Source: an uncultured bacterium | GTDB taxonomy: Bacteria > Bacillota_I > Bacilli_A > RFN20 > CAG-826 | Assembly (NCBI GenBank): GCA_949297805.1 | Contig: CASFTG010000002.1 | Location: forward strand, 15,871 to 79,870 | Length of the DNA: 64,000 nucleotides | Reading direction: 5' to 3' | Shown: positions 32,405 through 42,575 of the stretch, piece by piece | How positions within the stretch are numbered: position 1 is the first letter of the stretch | How the letters are laid out: every line of letters starts with the position of its first letter | Position numbers and translations under genes: made by a program | The notes under the pieces: generated by a model | The model's input: only the letters and a program-made list of their open reading frames with translations | Told to the model about the DNA's origin: nothing | The model's database searches: none

Positions 32405-33997
32405 ATGATGAAACTATCCAAATCAATTTCTTGCCTAGTGAGCAGCATTGCTCTCCTAGGCGTCTTAACCGGCTGCAACCGGGGGGAGAGCCCTTCTTCC
32501 TCCGGTTCCACCCCAGCCGGAACCAACACCAACACCGGAACCGGTGGCAGTGGCAACCGCCCCACCCATTCCGAATACGGCGAAGCCCCGGAAACCGTTA
32601 CCATCGATTTCTGGCACACCTTCGGCCAGTCGATCGTCACCCGGCTGGAAACCGTCGCCGAGGACTTCAAAGAATTAGTCCAGCAGCACGATGGGGTCAC
32701 GGTCAACGTGAACTTGTCTTATAAAGGCGGTTATGACGACCTTGAAAAAGCCGTTATCACCGGTTTCGCCGGCGGATCCTACCCCAACATCTCCGTCGCT
32801 TACCCCGATAACGTTGCCAATTTCCTCTATCAAGCCCCGACCAGCACCACCGTCGTCAACTTAGATAGTTGGATGAACGACGAGAAAGTCGGCTTCGGCA
32901 AGCAAAATTGGCTGGGCGATACTTATAGCGGGGTCCCAGCCGACAAATCCGATTTCGTCGAAGCTTTCATCGATGAATCGACCATGTATCAGAAAGATGG
33001 GTCCTATTCTTTGCCTTTCATGAAGTCATCTGAGGTCATGTTCTACAACCAGGACGCCTTTGAAAGAGCCTTCGCTCTCTACGCCCCGGCGGGAGTCGGG
33101 GATACCGAAGAGGCCATGACCAATTGGCTGGCTGGCCTAACATGGAGCGAATTCATCGATTTCAACCGCTTCATCGCGGCCAACAAGAGCAAGATTCTCT
33201 CAACCTTAGAATATCCGGTCGTCTATGACTCCGACTCCAACCTCTTCATTACCAAGTTGGCCCAAAACGACATCACCTACTCCGCTATCGGATCCGATGG
33301 CCGAGGGACTATTCCCTTCGAATCCGGTGAGCCCCGGACGAAAACCGAAGCCATCGTTCAGGAAATCGTCGATCTCTATAACGCCGGCATCCTCAATACC
33401 AAAGCCATTGAAGGGGAATACGGCTCCAACTCCTTCGTCGAGCAGGCATGTCTCTTCTCCATCGGCTCTTCCGGCGGGGCTGGCTATAACATCCCCTCCT
33501 CCAATGAATTCGAAGTCGGCGTCTGCCGGGTTCCGCCGGTCGATGACGATCACGCGATGTATATCAGCCAAGGCCCGACCTTAACGTTGTTAGAGAATTC
33601 CAACGACGCGAAAAAGAACTACTGGAACACTTACTACTCCTGGGAATTCCTCAAATACATCACCAATCCTGAGGTCAACGCCCAAATCTGCGTCTTGGGA
33701 TCGAATGGCTATGTCCCCGTCCGCGATTCGGCCTACACCACCGCGACCTATCAACGGTTCCTGAGCGCCGACCCGAACAACACACTCGTTAAATCCTCCA
33801 TCGTCGTCCAAGAGGACATCGGCATGGATGGCGAGTACATCACCAGCCCGGTCTTCGTTGGCTCAGCCAATCTCCGCGACGCGGTCGGCGGCATCTTCGC
33901 TGCCGTCGTTAGCGAAGGCTTAAGCGTCAATCAGGCCATCACGGATGCCATTACCCAGTCGAAGCAATTCTTCCATGCATTAGGAGACAAAAAATAA
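32405..33997 (+). CDS. Lipoprotein solute-binding protein, paralog of the previous gene
   Basis: Lipobox VLTGC. Shares TGFAGxxYPxxxxxYPDxVAxxxY and other blocks with 30762..32357. Confidence 0.75.
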   Translation: MMKLSKSISCLVSSIALLGVLTGCNRGESPSSSGSTPAGTNTNTGTGGSGNRPTHSEYGEAPETVTIDFWHTFGQSIVTRLETVAEDFKELVQQHDGVTVNVNLSYKGGYDDLEKAVITGFAGGSYPNISVAYPDNVANFLYQAPTSTTVVNLDSWMNDEKVGFGKQNWLGDTYSGVPADKSDFVEAFIDESTMYQKDGSYSLPFMKSSEVMFYNQDAFERAFALYAPAGVGDTEEAMTNWLAGLTWSEFIDFNRFIAANKSKILSTLEYPVVYDSDSNLFITKLAQNDITYSAIGSDGRGTIPFESGEPRTKTEAIVQEIVDLYNAGILNTKAIEGEYGSNSFVEQACLFSIGSSGGAGYNIPSSNEFEVGVCRVPPVDDDHAMYISQGPTLTLLENSNDAKKNYWNTYYSWEFLKYITNPEVNAQICVLGSNGYVPVRDSAYTTATYQRFLSADPNNTLVKSSIVVQEDIGMDGEYITSPVFVGSANLRDAVGGIFAAVVSEGLSVNQAITDAITQSKQFFHALGDKK

Positions 33998-34009
33998 GGA
34001 GGCGGAAAT

Positions 34010-35923
34010 ATGCATAAAACGAAAGTATTTCTCACCTTGCTCGGGGTTTTGACCCTAGCGAGCTGCAATCAAAACGGAACCAGTTCTTCCTCCCCCGTCA
34101 ATACCGGAACCGGGGAGCAGACCAATTCCAATACCGAGGGTTCCACTGAGCTCCCGGAATGGGTTGATTATTCCGAACAAGTCCACCTTCAGCTCGATTA
34201 CGAAGGGAAGGATTTTTTCAAAGACGGCGTGACCCAAGTCGCCCGGGTGTTCCCGATCGATGGCGACACCGCCCACTTCGACCCTATCGGCTATACCGCC
34301 GACACCGAACGGATCAAGGCTCGTTTCTATGGCATCGACACCCCGGAATCGACCGGCGACGTCCAGCCTTGGGGGGTCCCGGCCAGCAACTACACCAAGA
34401 AGATCCTGCAAAACGCGATCGAAAACGGGACCGTCGTCATCACCGCCGACACCTATAACACTTACAAAACCCCGCAGCACGACTCGACCGGCGAACGTTA
34501 TCTCTGCTGCATCTACGTTAACGAAACCAAGAAAAACGCCCCCAAAGAGGAGATGAAACTCCTCAACCTCATGATCGTTGAGCAGGGTTATTCCTGGGCC
34601 AAAAACACCAACAGCATCCCTGAGCTTTCTGACATCTTCCAAAAAGCCACGACTCAAGCCGCGGCTTATAAGCTCAATGTCCATTCACCCGAGCCTGACC
34701 CGAGTTTCAACTACGGCGGCTACGTCCAAACTAGCCTCTTGGATATGCAAATCGAGCAGAAGAAGGCTTTGGCGGCTGAACTTGCTGGCGGGATCGCCTA
34801 TGACGGAACCCATGACATGTACCTCGTTCCGGAAAACGGGAAACTAGTCGGCAAGATCGACGATGAGATTGGCCAATCTGAATACAAAGCCGTCTTATTC
34901 GACACCGACGGCAACCTCATCAGCGAATCCAGTTATACTGAGTTCAGCGTCTTGGAAGACGACCCGACCGAACTATTGGTTGGCTATCAGGATTATTCCT
35001 CGTTGAAAACCTACTACCTCACCGGCGAGCAAACCGATGATGGCTTCACCTTAACCGACGACATCAGCAAAGCCGCCACTTATATCGGCTCCGTCAACGT
35101 CGATGGCTTCTCCATCGCCTTAGACGATCAATACCTCGCCTATGATATCGAGGGCACCGATCCTTATTTGGATTACGATTCCCGCGATTTCGTTTGGAAC
35201 TTCGATTCCAACACCAAGCAGATGTATATCAACCTGCAAAACTACTACGATAACCGGAACGTCACGGTCCAAGGCACCGTCGTCGGTTCCTCCAACAACA
35301 CCCTTTATCTGCAAGACGTCTACGAAGACGAAGAGACCGGCGAAAAACAATACGCCTCAATCAACGTCTTCCCAGGCATGGGCAGCATCTCCTCTCGCTT
35401 CACCGAGCGGAATACCTATGTTCAGGTCAAGGGCGTTGCCAAGAACTCGCAATTCGGCTTCCAAATCACCGGCTGCAACTTCCCCCTGTATAACTTTGGC
35501 GAGGAAAACGAGTCCTCGGTCATCTTGAGCGCCGAGGAAAATATCGACATCCACCAGCTCAAGGCCTTTGAGTTCACCCCGCAAGAACTAAGCGATATCG
35601 CCGACAGCAAGAACCTCGATTACCTTGGCTCCTTCGTCCGGCTTAAAGAACCGGCGACCTGCACCGGCGTCTACATCGCCCCTGGTTCCAACAAAGAGGT
35701 CACGATGTATTTCGATCTTGGCTTCTCGGTCTATAAGACCTTCACCTATGCCGGCGATCCGGACGACCCGGCCCGAATCTGGACCACCGAGGAAGATTTC
35801 GTTGGCAAGAAATTCCTGGTCGAAGGCGTCTATACCTACCACAAAGGCCAGACCTCGGGCAAAATCAGCTTCCAGATCAACCCGAGCGACCCGAGCTGCC
35901 TGACCTGGGTTCCTGAGGCATAA
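34010..35923 (+). CDS. Lipoprotein with thermonuclease (SNase-like) domain plus C-terminal OB-fold-like domain: membrane nuclease
   Basis: Lipobox LASC. SNase motif ARVFPIDGDTAHF...RFYGIDTPES. Confidence 0.75.
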   Translation: MHKTKVFLTLLGVLTLASCNQNGTSSSSPVNTGTGEQTNSNTEGSTELPEWVDYSEQVHLQLDYEGKDFFKDGVTQVARVFPIDGDTAHFDPIGYTADTERIKARFYGIDTPESTGDVQPWGVPASNYTKKILQNAIENGTVVITADTYNTYKTPQHDSTGERYLCCIYVNETKKNAPKEEMKLLNLMIVEQGYSWAKNTNSIPELSDIFQKATTQAAAYKLNVHSPEPDPSFNYGGYVQTSLLDMQIEQKKALAAELAGGIAYDGTHDMYLVPENGKLVGKIDDEIGQSEYKAVLFDTDGNLISESSYTEFSVLEDDPTELLVGYQDYSSLKTYYLTGEQTDDGFTLTDDISKAATYIGSVNVDGFSIALDDQYLAYDIEGTDPYLDYDSRDFVWNFDSNTKQMYINLQNYYDNRNVTVQGTVVGSSNNTLYLQDVYEDEETGEKQYASINVFPGMGSISSRFTERNTYVQVKGVAKNSQFGFQITGCNFPLYNFGEENESSVILSAEENIDIHQLKAFEFTPQELSDIADSKNLDYLGSFVRLKEPATCTGVYIAPGSNKEVTMYFDLGFSVYKTFTYAGDPDDPARIWTTEEDFVGKKFLVEGVYTYHKGQTSGKISFQINPSDPSCLTWVPEA

Positions 35924-35925
35924 CG

Positions 35926-36399
35926 ATGTTTTGCTACCATTGCGGATACCATATCGACGAACATCGGATCGAGCGGAAATCCCCTTCAATCGAGAACATT
36001 GAAGGGGCCACCGCCGAAAGCCGCATCGAATACGTCTGCCCCCGTTGCGGGGAAGCCATCCACGCCGGCTCGGACGAAAAGGACATCAAAGCCCTTTCCC
36101 GGGCCGCCCACGCTGAAGTCCAGCGGGCCAACAACCATTACGCGTCCGGAATGGGCTTAGCCTCGGTCGGCGTCATTCTCCTCATCCTCGGCCTGATCTT
36201 CTATCTATTGGCCAACCGTCCAAGCAAAGGATTCATCCTCGACACCAGCTGCGCTGAATTCTATGTCTTCATCGTCTTGACGGTAATATCTTCGATTCTT
36301 TTGATCGCCGGGATTGCCTTAGTAAGCGTCGGAATCTACAAAAGGCATCTTTATCACGGCGTTCTGAAAGATATCAACAACCACACTTTCGTCCAATGA
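35926..36399 (+). CDS. Zinc-ribbon membrane protein (hypothetical)
   Basis: 157 aa. CxxC...CPRC zinc ribbon followed by two TM helices. Confidence 0.5.
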   Translation: MFCYHCGYHIDEHRIERKSPSIENIEGATAESRIEYVCPRCGEAIHAGSDEKDIKALSRAAHAEVQRANNHYASGMGLASVGVILLILGLIFYLLANRPSKGFILDTSCAEFYVFIVLTVISSILLIAGIALVSVGIYKRHLYHGVLKDINNHTFVQ

Positions 36400-36428
36400 C
36401 GAGAGATCAAGGTAAACAAGGAGGAAAT

Positions 36429-38969
36429 ATGAAAAAAACAGTTGTTACCTTAGCCGCCCTATTGGCGCTAGGCCTCGTTGCTTGCTCGCCGGAAAACACC
36501 ACCTCCAGCAGCACGCCTGAGGAATCGCCAACGGAGACTACCACCCCCACCGAAGACGGATACACCGCCGTCACCATCAACAACAAGGCCGAATTGCAAG
36601 CAAAGTGGGACATCGAATCCGCACAAACTCGAACTTTGTCCATCTCCACCACTCCGGCCGGCAACGTTTTCTCGTTAGTCCAAACTGGAAAACTTAAAAT
36701 CACGGTCGCTGACCCAACCATCCTTTCAGTCAACGGTTTGAACATCACCCCACTCAAGAAAGGCACCACCACCCTCACCGTCACCTTAACCAACGATGAT
36801 AAGACCACCGTCGAAGATGACGTTTCCATCACTATCACTGAACGTGAATATGTCACCCCAACTCCGATTGCCCAAGCCAAGAGCCAAGTTGGCAAAATGG
36901 TCGCGATCCGGGGCGAAGTCCGGGCTTTAGACGGATCGGACGCTTATGTCGTTGACGAAACCGGCGGCATGTTCGTCTATAACTGGGCTGGAAAATCCAC
37001 CGACACCGCTCTAGACGAGGAAGGAAACTTCACTCTCGGCATGGACATCGAAGTCTACGGCGAATTAAAACAATATAATGGATTACTCGAACTTTGCTCT
37101 GGCGGGGAAGCCTATGCGGTTAAATCGCGCGAAGAAGTCACTCCGATGGAGCCCATCAGCCTCGACGAAACTGGTTATAAAGCCTTAAAGAGCACTGATT
37201 CCGGTAATATTTACAAATTCACTGCCGAGTATGTCGAAACAGAAGAAGACGGCGATGAATCGAACGTAATCTTCAAGTTAGGCGCAGAAGAAGTCACGCT
37301 CCGTACTTCTAAGTATGATCTTGAAGACGTCAACACCGTTTTTGCCCCGGGCGACGATTATGACATCGTGGCTCCGCTAACTTGGTATAACAATCCTCAA
37401 TTCGATTATTTCTCCCAAGGCGTCACCATCAGCCGCGTCGGCGGAGAAATCGTCTTAGAATCGATCGAATTAACAGCCAGCAAAGCTAACGCCAAAGTCG
37501 GGGACATCGTCTCGCTAAACTACAAAATGCTCCCGACCGGCGCCGTTGGCAAACTTACTTATGAGTTTACCGAAGGTGAAGACCTTTGCACCGTTGATGG
37601 CAACGATTTAATCATCACTGGAGCCGGCACCATTAAGGTCAAAGCCATATCCGGCGGAATTTCTTCGCCGGAGGTTACCATCACCGCGACCGAATTAGCC
37701 GACAGCACCACCGCTGTCGCGAAAACCCTCGCAAAGAATGATGCCGTCCGCGTCAAGGGCAAAGTTACCGCCATTGACGGCAAAGCTGCCTATATCACCG
37801 ATGAGACCGGCGGTATCTATGTTTACAACTTCGCGCCGGCCGATGGCTGGACCATGGGCGCCGAAGTTATCGTCACTGGTAACATCGACATCTACAACGG
37901 CCTCTATCAGGTAAAGAATGGCTCCGATCTCTGCAAGATTGAAACCACCACCGGAATCAATCCGAAAGCCGCCACTACCATCGACGAAGCCGGTTTCAAA
38001 GCCTTGACTGCCGCCGATGCCGGAAACACCTACACCTTCGTTGCTGAATACGTTAAAGGCGATGTCAACACCACCGACAAAGACGGCAAGCGCACCGCCA
38101 GCAGCGTTACCTTCCGCATGGGCAAAACCGAATTCGTCCTCCGCACCAGCAAATACGACGACGAAATCGATGTCACGCTTACCGCCGGTAAGTATTACAC
38201 CATCACCACTCCGCTCAGTTGGTACAACGGCGCTCAGTTCGCCTTCCTCTCTCAAGGCACCACTGTTACTGAATACACCGACCTCCAGGCTGCCACTGGC
38301 ATCGAGATCGTTGCTTCGGCTGATAGCGTCGGCGTTGATCAAACCATCACCTTTGAAAGCTACTTAACTCCTTTCCCCAGCACTGGGACCGTCACGTATT
38401 CGATCGTTGAAGGCTCTGAATTCGCCAAGATCGAAGGGAACAAGTTGACTGGCGTCCAAGTTGGCCAAGTGCAAGTCCAAGGGTCGATTGGTGAAGTCAA
38501 AAGCAACATCGTCACCATCACCGTAACCATGGACAAAATGGTTCTAGATTTCTCGGACGAAAAAATCAATACGCTTGGCGAATACGCTACGGAAATTTCC
38601 GCTACGAAAGTCAACATCACCGTTGGTGGCGTCAACTTCCTTTGGGAAAAAAATACGAGCAGCAGCGATATTCGTGTTTCAGGCAACAAACTTCAAGACG
38701 ACCCGATTCGTATTTATTCAGGCCAAAAGATCACTTTAACTGCTCCGACTGGTTATAACATCACCGGTGTCGTGCTGGAAGCCGGCACAGGGGATAATGC
38801 CTTCCAGGCAGATAAAATTAAGGAAATCACCGAGGGTGTTACCGCGGTGGCTGGAGAAAGCACCGGATTCCAATTCGCCAGCCCGATGAATTCCTTCTAT
38901 TTTGTGACCACCGGCAAGCAAATACGAGTCAGCACCATCACGATTAATTTAGCTAAAGCAGCTGCTTAA
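36429..38969 (+). CDS. Large lipoprotein with internally duplicated OB-fold-like modules and Ig-like domains
   Basis: ATG at 36429 with GGAGG RBS. Lipobox LVAC. Two ~300-aa repeats: ...DGSDAYVVDETGGMFVYNW.../...DGKAAYITDETGGIYVYNF... and ...LRTSKYD...PLTWYNNPQF.../...LRTSKYD...PLSWYNGAQF... Confidence 0.7.
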   Translation: MKKTVVTLAALLALGLVACSPENTTSSSTPEESPTETTTPTEDGYTAVTINNKAELQAKWDIESAQTRTLSISTTPAGNVFSLVQTGKLKITVADPTILSVNGLNITPLKKGTTTLTVTLTNDDKTTVEDDVSITITEREYVTPTPIAQAKSQVGKMVAIRGEVRALDGSDAYVVDETGGMFVYNWAGKSTDTALDEEGNFTLGMDIEVYGELKQYNGLLELCSGGEAYAVKSREEVTPMEPISLDETGYKALKSTDSGNIYKFTAEYVETEEDGDESNVIFKLGAEEVTLRTSKYDLEDVNTVFAPGDDYDIVAPLTWYNNPQFDYFSQGVTISRVGGEIVLESIELTASKANAKVGDIVSLNYKMLPTGAVGKLTYEFTEGEDLCTVDGNDLIITGAGTIKVKAISGGISSPEVTITATELADSTTAVAKTLAKNDAVRVKGKVTAIDGKAAYITDETGGIYVYNFAPADGWTMGAEVIVTGNIDIYNGLYQVKNGSDLCKIETTTGINPKAATTIDEAGFKALTAADAGNTYTFVAEYVKGDVNTTDKDGKRTASSVTFRMGKTEFVLRTSKYDDEIDVTLTAGKYYTITTPLSWYNGAQFAFLSQGTTVTEYTDLQAATGIEIVASADSVGVDQTITFESYLTPFPSTGTVTYSIVEGSEFAKIEGNKLTGVQVGQVQVQGSIGEVKSNIVTITVTMDKMVLDFSDEKINTLGEYATEISATKVNITVGGVNFLWEKNTSSSDIRVSGNKLQDDPIRIYSGQKITLTAPTGYNITGVVLEAGTGDNAFQADKIKEITEGVTAVAGESTGFQFASPMNSFYFVTTGKQIRVSTITINLAKAAA

Positions 38970-38988
38970 AACTAAGATAATTAAAGAG

Positions 38989-39017
38989 GCCCTCGGTTCA
39001 CGCCGAGGGTTTTCTTT
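38989..39017 (+). terminator. Rho-independent terminator of the 24.6-39.0 kb operon
   Basis: GCCCTCGG-ttcacg-CCGAGGGT stem-loop followed by TTTTCTTT. Confidence 0.8.
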
Positions 39018-39049
39018 AACGGTTCTCTTAACTGATGTGGTTTATTTGA

Positions 39050-39850
39050 TCATGGTTAAAAAGGGGGGCTTTTAATTCTGCAGGGCTTAAGTTTTATTTC
39101 CGTCAGTTGGAATCTCAGAGGCCTCCTCGCCACCCACCTCGCCCCAAAACCATCGCCGCCGCGGGGAACTTCGAGGGCAACGCCGACCTCCATTACCTCA
39201 ACCCGGTGAAGAGGAACTCGAAGCCGATCGAGAGGCATTCGATGCTCTCATTCCCCGGCGTCCTCAAGGGGTATCCGGGGGTCTCGTACAGGAAGGAGAG
39301 GGCCGGCTCGAGATGGCCGTATTCCTTCCGCGACGCCGAGAAGGCCGCCAAGGAGGATGCCGACTTCCTCGCCAGGGCCGGCAAGGGCGGACACGACCAC
39401 GCCGAATACCTGAAAAGGCGCGACCACTTCGGCACGGTCGTCTTCGAATGCGACCTCGACTGGCCCCCGGAGGACGTCTACTACACCTACTCGCGGAAGT
39501 GGGAGATCGAGGTGGCCATGCGGTATTACAAGCAGTCCCTGGAGCTGGATGGGACCAGGGTCCATTCCGACCTCTCGGTCATCGGGTCGGAGTTCGTCAG
39601 CTTCCTCTCCGAGGTGATGACCTTCGACCTAATCCGGCTGCTGCAGAGGGAGAAGGTATTGGAGGAGATGACCTACGGGAAGGTGATCAAGAAGCTGGGG
39701 AGGGCCAAGAAGGTGCTCATCGACGAGGAATGGCGGTTGGCCAAGGTCAACCGGTCGACCGAGGCCCTGCTTAGGCGCCTCGGCGTGCTTCCCAAGCTCG
39801 ACGAGCAGCCCAAAGGGAAACGCGGGCGGCCCAGGAAAACGTCTGTATAG
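39050..39850 (+). pseudogene. 5'-truncated DDE transposase remnant (IS4/IS1634-like C-terminal region)
   Basis: Open frame lacks a proper start or N-terminal domain. C-terminal region has YSRKWEIEVAMRYYKQSLELDGTRVHSDLSVIGSEFVSFLSEVM (catalytic E region) and basic tail PKGKRGRPRK. Markedly GC-richer than surroundings. Confidence 0.55.
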
Positions 39851-40084
39851 TCTACGAGATTGGGAAAATACTAATTAATCAAAACGTTAACAGCTCTAAA
39901 CCAAAACAAGCTCAATAAGCAAACGGAATAAAGACTATTAAAAAGGCCTAGCCCCCTTGCCGCGATGTAACGATTTCTTAGACGCCTACAACCCCAGGTA
40001 ATTGTTACAAATTACCGCAAAAGGCTGCTAATAAGTCAAAAAGAAAAGCCATCCCAACGGACGGCAAATCAATGAACGGCGCAA

Positions 40085-41068
40085 TTACTTATAGCTAATG
40101 GTCTTACCCTTCTTCTTGTGCGGAACCAAGGAATAGACAACCAAGCCAATCGAGCCAAGGATAATGACGGCCGCTAGGATGTAGGAGATGACGGCGAACT
40201 CGATGACGTGATCATAGGTGCCACGCCCAGCATCGAGGAAGGACACTTTCTTGCTGTCCCAGACTTGAGCAAAGATGCCAGTTAAGAGGATCGCCGCCCC
40301 ATTGACTATGGTCCCGCCGGTGAATAGGCCCATGCCAAGTTTGCTCTCTTTCTTGTCCTTCTCGCCCTTGCAGAAGGAAGAGAAGGCGATGGCGAAGATA
40401 ACGAAGGCAACTAAGGGAATCAAGCCATAGACCAAGAACTTGGTCGAGACGATGTCCTTATTGGCAAAGGAACCAGAGGAGAGGCAAACGAAATAGGAGA
40501 CGAGGAAGGGAACGGCAACGCCCAAATCAACCGCGGCTAAGGAACCGACGATGACCTTCATCGTCCGGTTGGATTGTTCATCCTCGCCATAAAGCTTAAC
40601 AAGGGGGACGTTGGAGGCAATTAAGGCGACAATCAAGGCGATGAGGTAAATAACGATAACGAAGGCAATCTCGTCATAACCGATCTCGGTGGTGGTCAGC
40701 CGATAGAGCCAAACCGCGTTCAAGAACAAAGCGATCGAGACCATATAGCCAATGGCGATATAGGAAGCGAACCCTTTGATGACGTATTCATCGTCGTTTT
40801 TAAGAATCGACATCAACGAGTAATAGAAGCCAAAGCCCGAGATAAGCGACCCGGCGATGCCGATGGCCCCAAGCATGACCCCGAGACCAGTCGAAAAGTC
40901 ATCCGGCATATTCTCGATCGGGGCTTTGACGCCGCTGACCCAAAGGTACGGGGTGATCAAGAAGGCGAAGTAGATGGCTAAGGTCAAAAAGCCAGCGAAA
41001 AAGACGGTGAAGATAGCTAAATTAACGTATCTCATCGAGGAGTAGTTTCTAAGCGATTTGTTGTTCAT
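40085..41068 (-). CDS. Hypothetical polytopic membrane protein
   Basis: 327 aa, ~8 predicted TM helices, no recognisable motif. Confidence 0.5.
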   Translation of the reverse strand: MNNKSLRNYSSMRYVNLAIFTVFFAGFLTLAIYFAFLITPYLWVSGVKAPIENMPDDFSTGLGVMLGAIGIAGSLISGFGFYYSLMSILKNDDEYVIKGFASYIAIGYMVSIALFLNAVWLYRLTTTEIGYDEIAFVIVIYLIALIVALIASNVPLVKLYGEDEQSNRTMKVIVGSLAAVDLGVAVPFLVSYFVCLSSGSFANKDIVSTKFLVYGLIPLVAFVIFAIAFSSFCKGEKDKKESKLGMGLFTGGTIVNGAAILLTGIFAQVWDSKKVSFLDAGRGTYDHVIEFAVISYILAAVIILGSIGLVVYSLVPHKKKGKTISYK

Positions 41069-41156
41069 ATCTTTTCCTCAAGTAAACGGATCCTAGGGGT
41101 CTAGAAAGCGCCGTAGAAAATTAAAGTCTATCTATTAAAGATAGTCAACACGATTT

Positions 41157-42575
41157 TTACCCGATAGGTAAGGCATTAACGACAGCAAAGACACCCTTGC
41201 TTGCCGCCTTATTGACCTCGATTTCCCCTTGGTAATCCGGAAGGGAGGAATAGAGTCCCTTAATCGCAGTTTCGCCCCTCGAAGTAGGCTTAACGATCGA
41301 AGGGGTGGCCCCAGTGATGGTAAAGCCGGTGAGCAAGGTCGAATCGACGAAGAAATAAGGGTATTTCCTTTTGGCTTCGGCGACCGCATAGACGATCGAA
41401 TCGTCTAAGGCCGGGATAATGGCTGGCAAGGACGCTAGATGGAAGCCATGGTCGGCTTGACCGCGAACTAGGCCAAAAGAATAAGGCTCGCTGCCTTTAA
41501 GGCAATCGGCCACCGATTCCGATGGCAAAGATAAGGGCAAAGAATCCCGATAGGATTCGCTTCCAATCCATTCATTGATCCGTTCAGGGTCCATAGTAGA
41601 AGGCAAGGGGACATAAAGAATCGCCAAGGAATGGCCGAGGACGGTCGTCTTATCAATGGACGGGCAGGCATAGAGCCCGTTCCCTTCCTTTAAAGCCCAG
41701 GCTGAGCCAAAAGGAAAGGGCAGCAAAGCCTTTTGGCCGTAATGAAAATAACGGGGTTCCTTAGGAGAAGACGTATGGTATAAAGCCATATCGACGTCCC
41801 GCGTCCGATTCAGGCCGAGGATATTAAGATAACTTGATTCCCGATGATTATCCTTGGCTATGAGGTCATGATATAGAGAGGATCCAATTGGCAAATCAGC
41901 GAGCAAGAAGCAATCGCCCTTAAGGGCCCGCCCCTTTCCTTGTTGGCTGAACTCAATGGCCCTGGCTTTGCCTAAGAACGTCTTAATTGAAGTCGGCTGG
42001 CAATCATAAAGGATGGTGCCCCCATGATGAAGGATGTCATGGGTTAAAGAGTCGACTAGTTTCGAGGCTTCCTCGTGGCTAAGGAAGGTGAAACGGGAGA
42101 AGGATTTCTTCTCAATCCGCGAAAGGATATCCAAGGCAAAGTGCTTGCCGAAGGCGCTAGCGGAATTCAAATCCAGGAATCCCCCAGTCCGCCGGAAGCG
42201 ATACCCTAGCGTCTTCTCCTCTTTCGCTTGACTAAGCAATATCGGCTTAGCCCCGGCAAGAGAAAGGAAAGCCGCGGCATAAAGCCCCGAAAGCGAATCC
42301 CCAATAATAATTGGCGACCCTTTGCCTAAATAACGGCCTTTCGGCGGATTAACCAAGGCCTCGGAGAAAGAGATGGTCGTCCGACGGATGAATTCCATCG
42401 TCTCGATGCAGAAATCCCCGGTATAGACGAGTTGGCCGTTGATAAAAGAGGCAGAAGCACTTACGAGCTCATATCGGAAGGCGGTCTTCTTAATCCCAAT
42501 CCGGTCGGAAAGATTTTGAATTAGATGCACCGGATCGAAAGAGGGGATCGGGACATCGCGGATGAAGTACTTCAT
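41157..42575 (-). CDS. FAD-dependent oxidoreductase-like protein (divergent paralog of HI0933 family)
   Basis: Likely start MKYFIRD at 42575, overlapping the upstream stop in ATGA. Dinucleotide-binding-like IIIGDSLSGLYAAAFLSLAG. Confidence 0.5.
   Translation of the reverse strand: MKYFIRDVPIPSFDPVHLIQNLSDRIGIKKTAFRYELVSASASFINGQLVYTGDFCIETMEFIRRTTISFSEALVNPPKGRYLGKGSPIIIGDSLSGLYAAAFLSLAGAKPILLSQAKEEKTLGYRFRRTGGFLDLNSASAFGKHFALDILSRIEKKSFSRFTFLSHEEASKLVDSLTHDILHHGGTILYDCQPTSIKTFLGKARAIEFSQQGKGRALKGDCFLLADLPIGSSLYHDLIAKDNHRESSYLNILGLNRTRDVDMALYHTSSPKEPRYFHYGQKALLPFPFGSAWALKEGNGLYACPSIDKTTVLGHSLAILYVPLPSTMDPERINEWIGSESYRDSLPLSLPSESVADCLKGSEPYSFGLVRGQADHGFHLASLPAIIPALDDSIVYAVAEAKRKYPYFFVDSTLLTGFTITGATPSIVKPTSRGETAIKGLYSSLPDYQGEIEVNKAASKGVFAVVNALPIG

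Noticed and set aside
30702-36428. Upstream-extended starts of the lipoprotein genes (30702 and 36396).
   Set aside because: Internal ATGs at 30762 and 36429 have strong RBSs and yield proper signal peptides with lipoboxes.
39107-39850. Intact transposase gene starting at 39107.
   Set aside because: The start is a TTG within a frame that is open from 39050. The protein lacks the entire N-terminal DNA-binding and D-D region, so it is a remnant.
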